Position numbers and translations under genes: made by a program. DNA of 64,000 nt from positions 1 to 64,000 of the IMG/VR virus record IMGVR_UViG_3300020439_000004, one strand, 5' to 3'. This DNA is from a virus. Below the pieces are notes generated by a model, which saw nothing but the letters and a program-made list of their open reading frames with translations, searched no databases and was not told the origin of the DNA. How positions within the stretch are numbered: position 1 is the stretch's first letter; each line of letters begins with the position of its first letter. Below, piece after piece: positions 60,809-64,000 of this stretch.

Positions 60809-62185
60809 ATGTCAACGAGCGGAGTACAATATGCAATAAATCATAATTTTACCAGCAATGACCCTTTGTTGATTTATTATGATTTTTCTAGTGGAACAGG
60901 AACAGCTCTTTCTTTTACAAGTGATGTAGACGCAAGAGTAGACAACCAAGAGCCAGCAGTAAATACAACTCCATACGCTGGAGTTATAATAAATTCTAGA
61001 GCTGGAACAGAAACAGCCGCAAAGACATATGCAACTGGAGCATTTTTAAGCGAAAATAAGGCTAGATTAAGTGCATCAAATATCAAAGTTGATGCATCTA
61101 ATTTAAACTTTAATTCATTAACTGCTATATTTGATTTTGAGTTTGATACTGCACATCCCGTAACTGGTGGAGTTTTATTTGGAGCCTTAGAAAAAACTCT
61201 TGAGACTATTAATGGAGAAATTATAACAGGATCTAAAGGGTATAATTTTGGAATAACTGATAGAGGTAAACTCTACTATCAAGGCTTTGATCGTCATGGA
61301 GATTTTATACATGTCGCATCAGAAATTGAGCTATCTAAAAGAAATTTAATATCTTTTTCTTTAGATTCTAATACTTTAGAAGTGGCTAGAGTTGATTATC
61401 TTAACGAAAAAATACATAGTCAAAACTATACTCTAGATACTTCTTTTATAGCTAACTCAGATAACTTTTACTTAGGAGGGTCAAATACCTTTTACAAAAC
61501 ATCAAGTCCAAGTGACACAACGTTTAGTGGTTTCATAAATGAGTTCGCTTTGATTTCAGGGTACATTTCTACTGATATTGTTAAAAGTATAGGCAGTGGA
61601 ATGATAGGGGAGTACTTCTTCAGCTCAGGAGCTGCAACTACTAAAGAACAAATCACAGGTTATTCAGAAACAATAATTTATAAAACTGGCATCACTGGAT
61701 ACGACTTCAATCAAACTGGTCTTCTTACAATAACCACAGGAAGAGATATGCAAACAGGATCGTTTGCTTCAGATTCTACAAGCTCTATTAACGAAGGGGA
61801 TAAATATTTTAAATTTTATACTTTAGATAATGGCGATGTAAAAACATTTTATAAAGAAGAGATTGGATTTTTAGATCCTGATTCTGGTTTTAATTATGCT
61901 CCAACAGGTTCTGGAGCGTTCGCTACTTTAGGTTTGAATAATATTACTGGAGTTATAAACACTTTTGCAGAAACAACTGGTGTTGATGATGCTGGCAATA
62001 TTACAATTAAACTTTACGAGAGTATAGTTCAAACAGGAACATTAAATGAAATAAGCGGTATAACTACAACAGCTCTAACAGAAACAATCAACGTGCCAGC
62101 TATTCCAGTATCAGGAATAACACTATCAGGAAACTCTGAAGACTTAAAGAAAGATTACATCTACTATATGGGACAAAGGCTATGA
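60809..62185 (+). CDS. tail protein with LamG/concanavalin-like domain
   Basis: LLIYYDFS, FYLGG...FSGFINEFAL. Confidence 0.55.
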   Translation: MSTSGVQYAINHNFTSNDPLLIYYDFSSGTGTALSFTSDVDARVDNQEPAVNTTPYAGVIINSRAGTETAAKTYATGAFLSENKARLSASNIKVDASNLNFNSLTAIFDFEFDTAHPVTGGVLFGALEKTLETINGEIITGSKGYNFGITDRGKLYYQGFDRHGDFIHVASEIELSKRNLISFSLDSNTLEVARVDYLNEKIHSQNYTLDTSFIANSDNFYLGGSNTFYKTSSPSDTTFSGFINEFALISGYISTDIVKSIGSGMIGEYFFSSGAATTKEQITGYSETIIYKTGITGYDFNQTGLLTITTGRDMQTGSFASDSTSSINEGDKYFKFYTLDNGDVKTFYKEEIGFLDPDSGFNYAPTGSGAFATLGLNNITGVINTFAETTGVDDAGNITIKLYESIVQTGTLNEISGITTTALTETINVPAIPVSGITLSGNSEDLKKDYIYYMGQRL

Positions 62186-63003
62186 TATACAATTACATAT
62201 TTTCTACAGGTGATGCCACTATATCAGGATGCACTCTTTCTGGTTATAGCGGGCAGAAAGATAATTCATCAAGTTTTCAAGACAACTTCTATTATAACTC
62301 TGCACTAATAACAGGTTTAAAGAATATGAAGTTAGCCTCCAATGGACAAACTTTATATGAAGAAGGACCGATTGAAACTGAGGCAACAAATGAAACTGTA
62401 TATCAAATATTATCAGGAGATTTCTTTTTAAAGACTGGTGCTGTTGATCAGTTTGATAGGAATAAACTTTTTGGAGATTCTACAACTCCATTCAAGTCTA
62501 CATATAATGTTTCATATGAAAAATACACTGGCAAATCAGCCGTAGGTCTAGGAAGCGCTGCTGCTGAGCTTGGGCCAGCACTTAAATCAGGTATAAGTGG
62601 AATTGAAACAGCTTTGAATTTTGAAGATTATGAATATTTCTTGAATGGTCAAAAAGTATACTCTGGAGTAGGTGTTGGGGTTTCTGCTGGAGTTGGAACT
62701 CAGTTTATGTTGAATTTTGATAGCTCTAGTTATGGAGGAATAATTACAACAGCTAATAAATCAAATTTTAAAGGTTTTGCTTTTATAAAGCAGGGTAGAA
62801 CAAATGACATAACAGGGGAGAATCCTGATGTGTATGGGACAGGATTTGTAGAAGATCAAACATCTTTTTACTTAAATGGAGTAAAAGAGTCTGATGATAT
62901 GTATCTAGAAATGTATACAGGTGTAACTATTGTAAGAACAGGTGTGTCTGCTGGGGTTTTTGCCTTTGGAGTACCCACTGAAACAGCAAGTGTGAGCTTA
63001 TGA
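62182..63003 (+). CDS. tail-associated protein
   Basis: Repeated FLNG/YLNG motifs; ATGA coupling. Confidence 0.5.
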   Translation: MIYNYIFSTGDATISGCTLSGYSGQKDNSSSFQDNFYYNSALITGLKNMKLASNGQTLYEEGPIETEATNETVYQILSGDFFLKTGAVDQFDRNKLFGDSTTPFKSTYNVSYEKYTGKSAVGLGSAAAELGPALKSGISGIETALNFEDYEYFLNGQKVYSGVGVGVSAGVGTQFMLNFDSSSYGGIITTANKSNFKGFAFIKQGRTNDITGENPDVYGTGFVEDQTSFYLNGVKESDDMYLEMYTGVTIVRTGVSAGVFAFGVPTETASVSL

Positions 63004-64000
63004 GTTTAGAAACTATAAATAGCGTAGATATAAATTTTTCTAATGGTGCAGGTGGACACACTGCAACAGTAAACTCAACTGTTGATGTAAAAAACTCAGA
63101 CGGATCTCCTTCTTTGGGAGTTGTTGATGGAGAGATAGGGTCTAAGAATTATTTTTCTAAAGATGAGATAAATAATATTATGTCTAGATTCATATGTACA
63201 TCTCTTACTAAAAATCAAGGTCCAATAGGGTTAACCGTTTCTAGAAAATATTCAGACATAACATCTCTAACATTAAACTCTTACTTGGTAATGGTTCGAG
63301 GCGTGAATGCACCGCCAGATAACTCTGACTCTTTCGAGGGTATGTTTCCATTTTTCTCAGAGGTAAAGGGAAGTCCTTTAAAATCTTACCCATCTACTAG
63401 CGTTAGAGAAATTGAAGGTAAAAGAATTTTAGTTGTTGGTAGAATATACAACTATGAAAGCGCAACTGTACTAAATGGCTTGAAAGTTTCTTTGGTTTAT
63501 AATGATCAAGAATTGAAAAAAAATCTTTGCTTGAATCAAGATACTGTAACTCAACCGTATAAAGACTCGCCAAGTTTAGTTAATTACACTTTGAAGTTTG
63601 GATATACCTTGAATGAATATTTGGAGATGCTTGATCATGTAGGTATAGTTCATAAAGGTTTAGAAAATGTAGAAAACGGAGACACTATTTTATTTGAGAA
63701 TAGTGGCACTTTAGCAGATGTAACTTCCGCTATAGCAGCTTACTTTGGTTATTATTATTTTATTGATCCAAATACAGGGCATTTAAATTTCATTGATAGT
63801 AGAATAGCGTCTGATATAGAAATTACTGACTTCACGCAAACAACTGACGAAAATATTGTTTCTGCTACTTTCACTGAAGACAAGTTTACTCCAGAAATAG
63901 TTAATGCTTATGTAGGAAGTGCAGATAAACCTAGCATCAATACAGAACAAGGTAGATTTAAATTTGGTGATGGAGGAGATGGTAATGGACGTTCTACTAA
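63000..64000 (+). CDS. tail/baseplate protein (3'-truncated; absent from ORF track)
   Basis: ATGA overlap; MSLETINSVDINFSNGAGGH..., apparently open to the window end. Confidence 0.65.
   Translation, partial: MSLETINSVDINFSNGAGGHTATVNSTVDVKNSDGSPSLGVVDGEIGSKNYFSKDEINNIMSRFICTSLTKNQGPIGLTVSRKYSDITSLTLNSYLVMVRGVNAPPDNSDSFEGMFPFFSEVKGSPLKSYPSTSVREIEGKRILVVGRIYNYESATVLNGLKVSLVYNDQELKKNLCLNQDTVTQPYKDSPSLVNYTLKFGYTLNEYLEMLDHVGIVHKGLENVENGDTILFENSGTLADVTSAIAAYFGYYYFIDPNTGHLNFIDSRIASDIEITDFTQTTDENIVSATFTEDKFTPEIVNAYVGSADKPSINTEQGRFKFGDGGDGNGRST

Noticed and set aside
2320-61086. Many 60-135 aa antisense or alternate-frame ORFs inside long genes (e.g. 5621-6010, 12347-12553, 38180-38566, 42458-42865)
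   Set aside because: Shadow ORFs fully overlapping well-supported genes, with no promoters or motifs.

Overview
AT-rich segment of a large tailed dsDNA phage genome. No tail sheath gene is visible, so it is probably siphovirus-like; the host cannot be determined. Layout: (1) 1-12.5 kb, adhesin/tail-fibre genes with GNVGIGT repeats and a glycosyltransferase. (2) 14-25.5 kb, a + strand accessory block (RuvB-like ATPase, DenV-like glycosylase, GIY-YIG and HNH/AP2 endonucleases, SprT) with an AT-rich iteron-like intergenic region at about 24 kb. (3) 25.5-34 kb, a - strand early-type region of small genes (gp88-like, DUF932), most with their own sigma70 promoter placed 5-7 nt before the ATG (predicted leaderless). 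It is punctuated by six copies of a 79-80 bp tripartite palindromic element whose arms match the IHF consensus, and by three structured-RNA candidates. (4) 34-64 kb, PhoH, a phage sigma factor, an ERCC4-like nuclease, terminase, portal, protease/scaffold, capsid, neck, two tail-tube paralogues, a trypsin-like protease, tape measure and tail-tip genes, with a recurrent GTGTAA candidate late promoter. All calls are by eye from motifs and synteny; no database search was run.
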